From Waddliaceae bacterium (GTDB lineage Bacteria > Chlamydiota > Chlamydiia > Chlamydiales > Waddliaceae): a stretch of DNA of 64,000 nucleotides. The notes under the pieces were generated by a model. The model saw only the letters and a program-made list of their open reading frames with translations, was not told the origin of the DNA and did no database searches. Position numbers and translations under genes: made by a program. Shown piece by piece: positions 1 to 9,872 of the stretch (positions are counted from its first letter, which is position 1; each line of letters begins with the position of its first letter). The stretch covers positions 608,001 to 672,000 of the forward strand of contig CAVRUH010000001.1 in NCBI GenBank assembly GCA_963724325.1, given 5' to 3'.

Positions 1-207
1 CGCTCTTTGGATTAAATCCGACAGATGTGGGTCCTTAAAGGTATTCCACCAGTCCTCAAGAGGGGGAGCGCTGTCGTCAAAATCATCATTCAATGCCTGG
101 TGCCACGAATCGGGCATGTTTGTATCTGGAGTATAATATTTCGGACCCACCCGAAAGCAACTTGTGGTGAGAATTAATAGTAATGCGATGAGACAAAAGG
201 TTTTCAT
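1..207 (-). CDS. RND efflux outer-membrane lipoprotein (NodT/OprM family), 5' part; runs off the window edge
   Basis: Manual translation: MKTFCLIALLLILTTSCFRVGPKYYTPDTNMPDSW...EDWWNTFKDPHLSDLIQRA; lipobox plus C-x-x-VGPxY and WWxxFxDPxLxxLI motifs; not in ORF track. Confidence 0.85.
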   Translation of the reverse strand, partial: MKTFCLIALLLILTTSCFRVGPKYYTPDTNMPDSWHQALNDDFDDSAPPLEDWWNTFKDPHLSDLIQRA

Positions 208-440
208 GTGGTTTCGCGTTAATTTTAATCCACATATATTGAATCAACTGCGAAACGTCAAGTAATATTTTTTTTAAAAGTGCCTGGCAAAACAGGCTGC
301 TATCGTTTTTTATACTTTGTCCCTTTGCCTCTACCCATTTTCTGTAGAGCCGCTTAAAATCTTCTGGGATTTCAAGATAAAAAAATCCCATTTGAACCGC
401 TTTCTCCAATTTATTATTGAGTGTATCCACGATTGAACTG

Positions 441-827
441 CTAGTAATCCGAGATCATTGTCACAAGCTTTGAATAATTTTTTAAGGTCTCGTCAGCCGT
501 TAAAAAAGTAAGGGGTTCAGTGACCGCCTGCGCAAGTAATATACGATCGAATGGATCACGATGGTGATCTGGAAGGTGACCAACAGCGGCAGCATGCTCA
601 GCCATTATGGGTAATTCTAAAAATCCACTGGCTGGGATTGCCCTCAATAATTCATCAATTTTAACATCCAGTTTTCCAAGCTTTACTTTGATTGTAGCCT
701 CCCAAATAGAGGCGCTTGAAACATACACTTCAGTTGCATTTTGGATCATGAATCTTGATTTTGCAGACAGTTTTCGATCTGTTTTTGTATACCAAAGGAA
801 AACATGAGTATCTAAAAGTATTCTCAT
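441..827 (-). CDS. vapC: VapC-family PIN-domain toxin
   Basis: ILLDTH, SSASIWE, HRDPFDRILLAQA, FLTAD motifs; ATGA overlap with upstream antitoxin. Confidence 0.93.
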   Translation of the reverse strand: MRILLDTHVFLWYTKTDRKLSAKSRFMIQNATEVYVSSASIWEATIKVKLGKLDVKIDELLRAIPASGFLELPIMAEHAAAVGHLPDHHRDPFDRILLAQAVTEPLTFLTADETLKNYSKLVTMISDY

Positions 828-1063
828 GAGCATCCCTCGAAAGATTCTAAAATATCATTGGGCAACGGGGCATCGAAATCATCAGCGATTTTGATTTTGC
901 CTTTAAGGACCCCTAATCTGCGTTTTGGTTTTCCTTTATTAAAGGGAACAAGTTTCGCGACAGGTGTGCCTGCTTTGGCAATAATAGTTTCTTCGCCATT
1001 CATGGCGGACTCAACAAGCTTTGAAAAGTGCGTTTTTGCTTCATGAATGTTAACTGTATGCAT
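824..1063 (-). CDS. Phd/YefM-family antitoxin
   Basis: VNIHEAKTHFSKLVE...IAKAGTPVAKLVP...DDFDAPLP; coupled to PIN toxin. Confidence 0.93.
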   Translation of the reverse strand: MHTVNIHEAKTHFSKLVESAMNGEETIIAKAGTPVAKLVPFNKGKPKRRLGVLKGKIKIADDFDAPLPNDILESFEGCS

Positions 1064-1082
1064 TTTATATCTCCTATATATC

Positions 1083-1096
1083 GACTAAGTTTAGTC
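1083..1096. promoter_or_regulatory. Probable TA operator palindrome GACTAA-GT-TTAGTC
   Basis: Perfect 6-bp arms 20 bp upstream of the antitoxin start. Confidence 0.55.
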
Positions 1097-1213
1097 TAGT
1101 CTATTTGAACAATTAATGCAAGGATAAAAAGATCACGAAATGTATGATTTTATTTAAAAATATAGTTAAACCGTGTTACAATCCTGCCATGAATTTAAAT
1201 AAAGGAGATCTAC

Positions 1214-1870
1214 ATGTTATTTAAAATTTTCATATCGTTATTTTTTCTAAATTGCTCGCAATTGCTTGCATGTCAAGTTATATATTTAAATGGTACCTCA
1301 AGTGTTGGAAAAACGACTCTTGCAAAGGCCCTTCAGAATGAACTAGAAACTCCTTATTTACTTGTGGCTATTGACAAGGTCATCGAAATGATGCCTGAAA
1401 AAGTGAATAACTGGAATGGTGGAAGTGCTGAATTGGGATTTAGCTGGAAAAAAAGTACAGATTCCCAGGGAAATCCTTTACAAATACTCCAAGAAGGTCC
1501 GTTTGCGAAGCAAATGAAACCGGCGATGCGCGAAATCACAGTTGTGCTTGCCAAAAACGACTTTCACCTCATAATAGATGACATCGCTAACGAAAAGGAC
1601 TCTTCCGTACAGTGGAAGAATGCTTTAAAGGAACATGATGTTCTTTGGGTTGGTCTGACGGCACCTATCGAGATTATCGAAAAAAGAGAAAAAGAAAGAG
1701 GTGATCGTCAAGTTGGGCAGGCAAGAGCTATTTACAACGAGGTCCATAAAGGCTATTCATATGACCTTTTTTTGGATACAAGCCAAGACTCCATGGAGGA
1801 AATGGTAAAGAAAATCAAAGCCGCCTGTCAGCAAAAAAAACGCGAACCCAACACATTAATTAAAAAATAA
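1214..1870 (+). CDS. Chloramphenicol phosphotransferase-like P-loop kinase
   Basis: IYLNGTSSVGKTT, LIIDD, REKERGDR, YDLFLDTS; AAGGAG RBS; hydrophobic N-terminal extension. Confidence 0.85.
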   Translation: MLFKIFISLFFLNCSQLLACQVIYLNGTSSVGKTTLAKALQNELETPYLLVAIDKVIEMMPEKVNNWNGGSAELGFSWKKSTDSQGNPLQILQEGPFAKQMKPAMREITVVLAKNDFHLIIDDIANEKDSSVQWKNALKEHDVLWVGLTAPIEIIEKREKERGDRQVGQARAIYNEVHKGYSYDLFLDTSQDSMEEMVKKIKAACQQKKREPNTLIKK

Positions 1871-1924
1871 TTTTTAATTCTATGAGGGCGAGACCCGTTA
1901 TGAATAATTTTGCCCAGAAAATCG

Positions 1925-1963
1925 TTGACTTAAACTCGAATTTCGTGGAAAATCGAGTTTAAG
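1925..1963 (+). promoter_or_regulatory. TTGACT -35 box overlapped by a 35-bp imperfect palindrome (operator-like)
   Basis: CTTAAACTCGA (1929-1939) / TCGAGTTTAAG (1953-1963). Confidence 0.6.
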
Positions 1964-1987
1964 GAAACAATATTCAGGGATTTTAGC

Positions 1988-3199
1988 ATGGAATTGTTAA
2001 AAAGAGCGTTAAAAGAAAAGTTGGATAGGGCTATTAAAAGGAGAAAAAGTGTTTTACTCCTAGGTCCACGTCAAACAGGAAAAACAACCCTAATCGGTGA
2101 ATATACCGCCGATCTCGAAATTACACTCTTGTTTTCCAAAATTCGCCGTCAGTATGAAGCAGATCCCGATCAACTCATCCGAGAAGTGCAAGCCTTAAAT
2201 AGTCGGAACGGAAAGACACCTCTTGTGGTTATCGACGAGGTTCAAAAAGTTCCAGCCCTCATGGATGGTGTGCAGTATTTAATTGATAAAAAACTTGGGC
2301 AGTTTATTTTAACGGGTTCTTCCGCACGGAAACTAAAACATGGAAAGCATATCAATTTATTACCAGGTCGCCTTATTCAGCTGCGATTGGATCCATTAAT
2401 AATTTCTGAGCTTAATTTGCCAATACCGAGGATTGAAGACTTTCTTTTGTATGGTTCCTTGCCTGCAATTAGAATGGAAGAAAATGATTCAGTTCGAGAG
2501 GAAGACCTTGAGTCTTACGTCGACCTATATTTAGAAGATGAAGTCAGATCGGAAGCTTTGGTTCGTGATATTGGAGCATTTGAGAATTTTCTACGTTTAG
2601 CAGCGATTGAATCAGGAAATATAGTGAACTTTGATAAGATTTCTCAAGATATAGGAGTAGCTAGAACAACCATCAGCTCTTATTATCAAATTCTTGAAGA
2701 TTGCTTGATAGTCGAACGTATTGAGCCTTATACAGAAGGTCATTCACGTAAGAGATTAGTCAAGTCGCCAAAATATTTGTTTTTTGATCTAGGATTGCGT
2801 CGTCTTGCTGCGCAAGAGCAGCCCACACTTCCTCAAAATTATTTAGGATTGCTTTTTGAACAATTTATAGGGCTGGAATTGATTAGATGGTCTCATTTAC
2901 AAGAAAATAAGATCACTGTCCATTTTTGGAGAGATACAAATGGTCCTGAGGTTGACTGGGTGTTGAAATGGAACGATTCTTTATTACCAATTGAGGTGAA
3001 ATGGACAGATACACCATCACCTAGAGATGCTAAGCATCTTTCGCTTTTTTTACGAGACTATCCACAAGCGAAGAAAGGGTTAGTTGTTTGTCGCATATCC
3101 ACCCCTCAAATACTTGGAGATGGCATAGAAGCGGTTTCCTGGCGTGACTTCATTGAAAAACTTGACTTCTGGATCAAAAATGACATATTTACTAATTAA
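1988..3199 (+). CDS. AAA+ ATPase (AAA_14) with DUF4143/PD-(D/E)xK-like C-terminus
   Basis: GPRQTGKT, VVIDEVQ, FILTGSS, LPGR, PKYLFFDLG, EVDWV..IEVK. Confidence 0.9.
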   Translation: MELLKRALKEKLDRAIKRRKSVLLLGPRQTGKTTLIGEYTADLEITLLFSKIRRQYEADPDQLIREVQALNSRNGKTPLVVIDEVQKVPALMDGVQYLIDKKLGQFILTGSSARKLKHGKHINLLPGRLIQLRLDPLIISELNLPIPRIEDFLLYGSLPAIRMEENDSVREEDLESYVDLYLEDEVRSEALVRDIGAFENFLRLAAIESGNIVNFDKISQDIGVARTTISSYYQILEDCLIVERIEPYTEGHSRKRLVKSPKYLFFDLGLRRLAAQEQPTLPQNYLGLLFEQFIGLELIRWSHLQENKITVHFWRDTNGPEVDWVLKWNDSLLPIEVKWTDTPSPRDAKHLSLFLRDYPQAKKGLVVCRISTPQILGDGIEAVSWRDFIEKLDFWIKNDIFTN

Positions 3200-4565
3200 T
3201 GAGTGCATCGACGGCTTGTTCGACAAGGTCGACGCCGATGATTTGGATTTTCTTGGCGACATCGTCGGGGATGCCTTTAACGTTTCTTTTGGGGACGATG
3301 CACTTTTTGAATCCCATGTGAATGGATTCTTTGATTCGACTTTCAATTCTAACTACTGAGCGGATTTCACCTCCTAGGCCTACTTCGCCAACGACGGCAG
3401 TTTGGGGATCCATTTTTTTGTTAAGCATTGAGGAAGCGACCGCTAGGAGGACTCCAAGATCGACTCCGGGTTCTGTAATTTTCATTCCGCCTGCAATGGA
3501 GACAAATACGTCGCACAGAAAGAGTTTGTATCCCATCCGCTTTTCTAGAACAGCGAGTAGAAGAGCAAGCCTATTTTGATCAAGTCCGGCACATCGTCTG
3601 GAAGGTGTTGGAAAGACGGTGTTTGTAACAAGAGCTTGTGTTTCAATTAATATAGAACGGGATCCTTCAATTGTTGGGACTATGACTGAGCCAATCATAT
3701 TTTTCGTTCTCTCTTCCAAAAATATCTGAGAAGGATTCGGCACCTCAGCAAGGCCATCGTGACGCATTTGAAAAACGGCAATCTCATCGGTGGGGCCGAA
3801 TCGATTTTTCACCACTCGAATCATCCGGTAGTTGTATTGCCTGTCCCCTTCAAAGTATAGAACTGTGTCGACAAGGTGCTCCAGAACTCGCGGTCCGGCG
3901 ATTTCTCCGGACTTTGTCACGTGTCCAATAAGAAAAGTGGCAATTCCATAGCCTTTGGCGATGTGCATGAATTCTGTGGTGCATTCTCGAACTTGTGTGA
4001 CAGAGCCTGGGGAGGAAGTAACTTCGCTTTTGTATACAATTTGAATCGAATCGACGATGAGTATATCGGGCTTTACAGCATCTACATGGGCTTTGATGTG
4101 ATTAAAGTTCGTTTCATTTAACAATAGGAGGTTATCGGTTTCGATATTTAATCTTTTGGCACGCATAGAAGTTTGTTCGACGGACTCTTCTCCGCAGACA
4201 TATAGGACGACGAGTCCTTGTTTTGCGAGTGAACGGGAAAGTTGTAGCAACAGAGTCGATTTACCAATTCCGGGGTCTCCGCCAATTAAGGTTAGGGAGC
4301 CAGGAACTATGCCTCCACCAAAAAGGCGATCGCATTCATTGACATTGGTCAATATTCTTTTGACATCATTTTGTGAAATCTCTTTCAGACGGAGCGGGCG
4401 ACTTTTTTCTGTAGTTTGAGCCGAAAATCTATTGACCGTTCCGACGACCTCAACCTCTTCGTGGAAGGTATTCCATTGGGTACACGACGGGCATTGACCG
4501 ATCCATTTCATTTGCTTGTGGCCGCATTGGGAACAGTACCAGACGTTTTTTTGTTTGACGCTCAT
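3192..4565 (-). CDS. radA: DNA repair protein RadA/Sms
   Basis: C4 zinc finger, GGDPGIGKST, KNRFG, Lon-like C-terminus. Confidence 0.97.
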   Translation of the reverse strand: MSVKQKNVWYCSQCGHKQMKWIGQCPSCTQWNTFHEEVEVVGTVNRFSAQTTEKSRPLRLKEISQNDVKRILTNVNECDRLFGGGIVPGSLTLIGGDPGIGKSTLLLQLSRSLAKQGLVVLYVCGEESVEQTSMRAKRLNIETDNLLLLNETNFNHIKAHVDAVKPDILIVDSIQIVYKSEVTSSPGSVTQVRECTTEFMHIAKGYGIATFLIGHVTKSGEIAGPRVLEHLVDTVLYFEGDRQYNYRMIRVVKNRFGPTDEIAVFQMRHDGLAEVPNPSQIFLEERTKNMIGSVIVPTIEGSRSILIETQALVTNTVFPTPSRRCAGLDQNRLALLLAVLEKRMGYKLFLCDVFVSIAGGMKITEPGVDLGVLLAVASSMLNKKMDPQTAVVGEVGLGGEIRSVVRIESRIKESIHMGFKKCIVPKRNVKGIPDDVAKKIQIIGVDLVEQAVDALIN

Positions 4566-4567
4566 AA

Positions 4568-5281
4568 TTATTGGCTTTGTGGATTAATTTTTTTGATGGC
4601 ATCCAAAGCTGCAGCTTGCTGCGCTTCTTTTTTGGAGGGACCTATCCCTAAACCTAGCTCGTTATTATTTACTTCAACAGATATTGAAAAAGTTTTGCTG
4701 TGATCCGGCCCTGTTTCACTCAATACCTTATATTGGGGCGTTTGTTGGAAAGTCCTTTGACAGTAGTCCTGGAGCATTGCTTTCCAATTTTGAATAGGAG
4801 TTTTCAGGATTTCCTTAATGTTGTCTGTAAAATGCCTAAAAATAAATTCTCGGGTTGCTTCAAATCCTCCATCAGTATAAATGGCGCCGATAATTGCCTC
4901 GAAAAGATCAGCTAAAATCGACTCGCGACCCCTTCCGCTATTTAAGCGCTCTCCTTTGCCAAGTAAAATATATTCCTCAACATTCAGCTTGCATATGTAT
5001 TCCATGCAAGAACTTGCTTCGACTAGGCGCGAGCGTAAGTACGAGAGGTCTCCCTCGGGTGTCGAGGGAAGATTTGTGAACAAATAATCGGCCATTAAGA
5101 GTCCTAACACCGAGTCTCCAAGGAACTCTAGTCGTTCGTTATTTTCTTCAACGTCTTTATTTTCATTAACGTATGAACGGTGGACAAAAGCTGTGGTCAA
5201 AAGGGAGCGGTCCAGAAAAGCGTATCCGATCTTCTCTTCGATTTCCGGAATATGTCGCATTAGATATTCAAATGTGTTCAT
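4568..5281 (-). CDS. rnc: Ribonuclease III
   Basis: NERLEFLGDSVL signature, ADLFEAIIGA, C-terminal dsRBD; start chosen at ATG 5281 to avoid overlap with argS. Confidence 0.96.
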   Translation of the reverse strand: MNTFEYLMRHIPEIEEKIGYAFLDRSLLTTAFVHRSYVNENKDVEENNERLEFLGDSVLGLLMADYLFTNLPSTPEGDLSYLRSRLVEASSCMEYICKLNVEEYILLGKGERLNSGRGRESILADLFEAIIGAIYTDGGFEATREFIFRHFTDNIKEILKTPIQNWKAMLQDYCQRTFQQTPQYKVLSETGPDHSKTFSISVEVNNNELGLGIGPSKKEAQQAAALDAIKKINPQSQ

Positions 5282-5285
5282 GTCT

Positions 5286-7052
5286 TTACATACGTTCAAC
5301 GGTTTCAACGCCCAACAAATGGAGCCCCTGTTTCATTGTGCGGGCAACCAGCTCACAGAGAAGGAGTCTGGAATCTTCTTCCGGCGTTCCTTCTACTTGA
5401 CAATCACGATAGAATGCATTGAATTTCTCGGCAAGATTATAAAGATATTCTGTCAATCTATTGGGCAATAATTCTTCGGCAACTTGTCCTAATGCTTCGC
5501 AAAATCTTGCCAAATGGAGTCCAAGTGCAATTTCTGAAGGGTGGGTAAGGTTGATTTGGCTCCTTTTCTTAACGACGTCGATGTCTGCTCCAATTTTTCG
5601 TTTGATTCCAGCCACACGTACGTATGAGTACATTAAATATGAAGCGGTATTTCCTTCAAAGCGGAGCATGCGATCATAGCTAAATGTGTAATCACCGGTT
5701 CTGTGTCCTGATAAATCGGCATATTTTACAGCCCCAAGTCCTAATGCAGTTGCAATTTTTTCACGCTCGGCAGCAGGCATGTCTGGATTGCGCTCGGCCA
5801 TAATAGATTTTGCCTTTTCAATAGCATTGTAGAGGAGGTCAACGAGCTTTTCTACTTCGCCAGCTCGGGTACGGAACTTTTTACCATCGGCTCCTAAAAC
5901 TAGACCGAAGGGAACATGGTCGAATCGAACTTTTTTGGGATCGATATAACCTGCTTTTTCCGAGGCAGCCGCAATCATGGCAAAGTGAGTGCTTTGTCCG
6001 GCATCTGTGACGATGATAATTCTGTCGACCTTTTCAACTTCCACACGGTGCCTCATAGCAGCCATATCTGTAGTGTCGTATCCAAACCCGCCATCCGACT
6101 TCTGCAGCATGAGAGGGAGGGGTTCGCCTTCTCTATTTTTGAATCCTTCGGGAAAGATGCATTTTGCTCCGTCTGAGTTCACGATAAGCCCTTTCTTTTC
6201 TAAATCAGAGATGATGTCGTGGAGCATAGGATTGTAAAATGATTCTCCCCGTTCAATCAATCGGATATCGAGAAGATCGTAAATTTCTTGATAAGCCTTT
6301 CTGGATATATCGCAAATAATAGTCCATGCCTTTATAGATGTGGTTTCGCCGCTTTGCAATGCGACAACTTCTAATTGAGCGCGCTTTTTAAATTGTGGGT
6401 CTTCGTCGAACTTCTTCTTTGATTCCTTGTACCACTCAACGAGGTGGGAAAGATCCGTATCCGTTTCGCCTGTAAGGACCCCAGGAGCTTCCTCTTTTAA
6501 ATAAGCGATCAGCATGCCGAAGGCAGTGCCCCAGTCGCCTATGTGATTGAGTCTAAGAACGTCATAACCGAGAAATTCGAATACTCGAGCGAGTGAATCT
6601 CCGATAATTGTAGAACGCAAATGTCCAACATGCAGTTCTTTTGCTATATTAGGCGATGAGAATTCGACGATGATTTTCTGATGTTTTTCAGGTTCCTTAA
6701 TGCCGAGATGATCATCGACAGACATTTCTTGAACCATTTTTGTAATGAATTCAGGATTGATGAAGATGTTGACAAAGCCGGGGCCGGCGATTTCTAATTT
6801 TGTAATATCGCCGTTCAGCGAAACTTTTTCGACAATTTTGTTGGCGACGTCCCGAGGGTTCATCTTCAAAATCTTGCCAATTTTCATGGCACTATTAAAT
6901 TGGTAGTCGCCGAATTTTTCATGCGAGCTTTGGAAGACTTCGACAGGAACCTCTTCAAGAGTCTGAAATGCCTCTCGTGTTGCCTTTTCAAATTTGTCTG
7001 TTAGGTATTTATATATCGTTTGCATAACGTCAATTCTACCCAATTTCTCCAT
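5286..7052 (-). CDS. argS: Arginine--tRNA ligase
   Basis: EFSSPNIAKELHVGHLRS (HIGH-like), NHIGDWG, KKFRTR, anticodon domain ending VERM. Confidence 0.97.
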   Translation of the reverse strand: MEKLGRIDVMQTIYKYLTDKFEKATREAFQTLEEVPVEVFQSSHEKFGDYQFNSAMKIGKILKMNPRDVANKIVEKVSLNGDITKLEIAGPGFVNIFINPEFITKMVQEMSVDDHLGIKEPEKHQKIIVEFSSPNIAKELHVGHLRSTIIGDSLARVFEFLGYDVLRLNHIGDWGTAFGMLIAYLKEEAPGVLTGETDTDLSHLVEWYKESKKKFDEDPQFKKRAQLEVVALQSGETTSIKAWTIICDISRKAYQEIYDLLDIRLIERGESFYNPMLHDIISDLEKKGLIVNSDGAKCIFPEGFKNREGEPLPLMLQKSDGGFGYDTTDMAAMRHRVEVEKVDRIIIVTDAGQSTHFAMIAAASEKAGYIDPKKVRFDHVPFGLVLGADGKKFRTRAGEVEKLVDLLYNAIEKAKSIMAERNPDMPAAEREKIATALGLGAVKYADLSGHRTGDYTFSYDRMLRFEGNTASYLMYSYVRVAGIKRKIGADIDVVKKRSQINLTHPSEIALGLHLARFCEALGQVAEELLPNRLTEYLYNLAEKFNAFYRDCQVEGTPEEDSRLLLCELVARTMKQGLHLLGVETVERM

Positions 7053-7053
7053 T

Positions 7054-8379
7054 CTAGAAAATGGGAAACTTAGGTGCTAGGTAGAGAGGATAGTGGCATA
7101 CATGATTTTTTCGGTCAATATGTAGAGGTTTAGCACTCATTATTACTCGGTATTTTGGATGATATTTTTGTGCATATACTGTCAGACTTTTGGCCTTTGT
7201 TACCCAACCCGATTTAACCTCTATAGGAATAATTTCATCTTCAACTTGCTGAATAAATTCCACCTCTGCAGCTTTTTCGGCCCAACTGAACAAAGATTTT
7301 GAACTCGTTGCTGAAAGGGCTTGTGCTACAAAATTTTCGGCAAAAAAACCTTTGTAGTTTCCATAGTCATAATCTAGTATCATCTTGGGAGTAAGGCCCA
7401 TCATGGCCCCCAAGATGCCTACATCGAACATGAATAATTTGAAGGTGTTTTCTTTGACAAAGGACTTTAGAGGTAATTTACTATGATGTGCTATATGAAC
7501 CTTAATGATTATTCCGGCTGCCTCTAGCCAGTCAATTGCATCGGCTAGTTTGTTAAATCGATCAACCCCGGGAATTACCCCTTTAAATTTAAATTTATGT
7601 GCCGAACCGTCTAATGCCAATCCTAGTTGATCCGGCACGGTCCGCCAAATTCGACTGATGTGCATAGCGTTTAATTTTCCCGAATGTTTTGCGATATCGG
7701 ACAAATAATCTTCAATGAGATCCAACTGTTTTTTTCGTACCTGTTCAAATGCGACAAAAGGATCGTCTTGATGTTTACGGTAAATGTCAACAACTTCGGG
7801 GAGTCCTCCCACTACAAAATAGTCTTTTAACCTAATCCACAGGTGGTCATGTGCAAGTGCTGGAATTTCGGTATTCATTGAAAAGTCCTTAAGTAATTCG
7901 ATTGCCATTTCATCTTTTAATGCACTTAAGAACTCTAGAAAGGTCATTGGATACATGTTGAGGTGTTCCACTTTCCCGACGGGGAACGAAACGGGACCTA
8001 AATAAATGCCCAATAAGGAGCCTGCCGAGCAAATAAATGATTCGGAGAGTTCTTCATCAAAATATTTAAGACTTGTCAATGCTCTTGGACAATTTTGGAT
8101 TTCATCAAAAATGATTAAGTCTTTATCTGCCTGGATTTTTATTTTTTTAATAAAACTAAGATTTTGAATAATCGACTTCGGATCGAGGTCTCCTTCGAAG
8201 GCATCTGCTAATTTTGAATCTTTTTCAAAGTTAAAGTAATGAAATTGATCGAATTCCCTCTTTCCAAATTCTTTTAGAATATAGGTTTTCCCAACCTGTC
8301 TGGCTCCTTTGATGATCAAGGGCTTCCGGCTGCGATTGTTTTTCCACTTTATCAGCTGCTTTAAAACTTCTCTTTCCAT
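7054..8379 (-). CDS. AAA+ ATPase with DUF4143/PD-(D/E)xK-like C-terminus
   Basis: GARQVGKT, IIFDEIQ, AGSLLG, FPVGKV, FKLFMFDVG, EVEF..PIEVKSG; likely start MEREV. Confidence 0.9.
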   Translation of the reverse strand: MEREVLKQLIKWKNNRSRKPLIIKGARQVGKTYILKEFGKREFDQFHYFNFEKDSKLADAFEGDLDPKSIIQNLSFIKKIKIQADKDLIIFDEIQNCPRALTSLKYFDEELSESFICSAGSLLGIYLGPVSFPVGKVEHLNMYPMTFLEFLSALKDEMAIELLKDFSMNTEIPALAHDHLWIRLKDYFVVGGLPEVVDIYRKHQDDPFVAFEQVRKKQLDLIEDYLSDIAKHSGKLNAMHISRIWRTVPDQLGLALDGSAHKFKFKGVIPGVDRFNKLADAIDWLEAAGIIIKVHIAHHSKLPLKSFVKENTFKLFMFDVGILGAMMGLTPKMILDYDYGNYKGFFAENFVAQALSATSSKSLFSWAEKAAEVEFIQQVEDEIIPIEVKSGWVTKAKSLTVYAQKYHPKYRVIMSAKPLHIDRKNHVCHYPLYLAPKFPIF

Positions 8380-8400
8380 GCCTTTATTATGCATGAATTG

Positions 8401-8460
8401 GACATTTTTTCCTATGAAAAAATGTCTATACAATACACTTTTTCATATGAAAAAATGTGT
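8401..8460. promoter_or_regulatory. Two tandem palindromes (operator-like) upstream of the ATPase
   Basis: GACATTTTTTC-CTAT-GAAAAAATGTC and TTTTTCATATGAAAAA; centres 33 bp apart. Confidence 0.65.
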
Positions 8461-8615
8461 AATTATTATGAAGGGATGCTTTCATTTGAAATTTACGCAG
8501 TTTAATTTGCACCGCAAATCTATTTCTATGGTCTTATGTAATGCTATTTTAAAATATTCAATATAAATAATTATAATTAATGATATAATAAAGTTGATAT
8601 AATAAGGAGTTAATT

Positions 8616-9821
8616 ATGGATGGGGCACGGTTACATTCTTTTTGTAAAAATTATTTTCATGTTGAAAAACCTAAATCAGCAGCTGAAGGGTTGTTGGTTA
8701 CCGCCAAGATTATTTCATATGCCACCATAATCTTACCGGTTGTATTTATGGTACTGGCCGCTATTTCCCAAGGTCTTATAGATCGACAAATTAAGGTCAA
8801 AAGACCAGATGAACCTATTGATCAAACAGTGCAGGATATTGCAAAAAATCAAAAAATAATTTCTACTCCAAGGAATTCAGTTGCGGACGTTGAAGAAGAT
8901 GTATTTTCCGACAAAACGCCGCCATTATCGAGTGAAGAAGATGTGGATGATGTATTTTCCGACAAAAGTCCACTATTATCGAGCGAAGAAGATGTGGATG
9001 ATGTAGTTCCCGATAAAACGCAATCACAATTGATTGAAGAAGAAGTGAAAGATGTGATAATAGAAAAGCCATCAAAAGTAGCGCAGCCTGAAATAGTTCA
9101 TTCTCAGGAAGAGATAAATTGGTCAAAAAAAGTTTTAAATACAATACGTACTGAATTATTTGATGAATCCGTTCTCGAGCTAATTAAGTTGGGTAAGGAA
9201 AAAGGATTTATAAATTTAAAAATATTCGGTAGTTATCACGGCACTCTTTGTATTGAATTGGCCAAATATGGAAAATTTGACAAATGGATTCCAATATTAA
9301 TAGAAAACGGCGCCGACCTTTCCATTCAAGATGACAACGATAATACTGCTTTGATTTGGACTTTGGCAAATGCAAATAATACGACTGCAATGACAATCTT
9401 AAACCTTGCAGGTGAGGGAAAATACATGGATTTTAAGGGTATGAGCGGAAATACTGCGTTGCATCTGGGAGTGGGAAAGGGATATAAATTTAAGAGTAAG
9501 GATGGACAGGCATTGAAACATTCAAATTTACAAGTTATTCAGGAATTGATTGGTAAAAAGTGCAACCTTAATTTGCAAAATGAAGAAGGAAATACTCCAC
9601 TGCATCTTGCTTGTGCTAGGCATGATCATGAGATGATAAAGGCTCTTTTAGAGGCAAATGCTGATACAACTATTGTTAATAAAAAAGGTCAAACTGCTCA
9701 GGATCTCTTGAAAAGTACTTATCAAGATGCAAATGAATTGATGAATCATACTGTAAAGGTGTACGTTTTAGACGAAGAAGAATTTGTGGCAAACACAGAC
9801 AAGGCTTTAGCTTTATTCTAA
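8616..9821 (+). CDS. Ankyrin-repeat protein with N-terminal hydrophobic segment (candidate effector)
   Basis: NTALIW, GNTALHLG, GNTPLHLACAR ankyrin motifs; KIISYATIILPVVFMVLA segment; AAGGAG RBS. Confidence 0.85.
   Translation: MDGARLHSFCKNYFHVEKPKSAAEGLLVTAKIISYATIILPVVFMVLAAISQGLIDRQIKVKRPDEPIDQTVQDIAKNQKIISTPRNSVADVEEDVFSDKTPPLSSEEDVDDVFSDKSPLLSSEEDVDDVVPDKTQSQLIEEEVKDVIIEKPSKVAQPEIVHSQEEINWSKKVLNTIRTELFDESVLELIKLGKEKGFINLKIFGSYHGTLCIELAKYGKFDKWIPILIENGADLSIQDDNDNTALIWTLANANNTTAMTILNLAGEGKYMDFKGMSGNTALHLGVGKGYKFKSKDGQALKHSNLQVIQELIGKKCNLNLQNEEGNTPLHLACARHDHEMIKALLEANADTTIVNKKGQTAQDLLKSTYQDANELMNHTVKVYVLDEEEFVANTDKALALF
8892..9020 (+). repeat. In-frame 51-bp (17-aa) tandem repeat, about 2.5 copies
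   Basis: GATGTATTTTCCGACAAAA at 8898 and 8949, variant at 9000. Confidence 0.85.
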
Positions 9822-9872
9822 ATAAAAAAATCCTGCTGGTATAGAAATTTTGGAAAGGCTAGAGTATAGCCT

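Noticed and set aside
86..430. 114-aa ORF with a GFFYL motif resembling a 2OG-Fe(II) oxygenase N-terminus
   Set aside because: Its 3' third overlaps the convincing efflux lipoprotein gene in another frame and no catalytic motifs follow; at most a remnant
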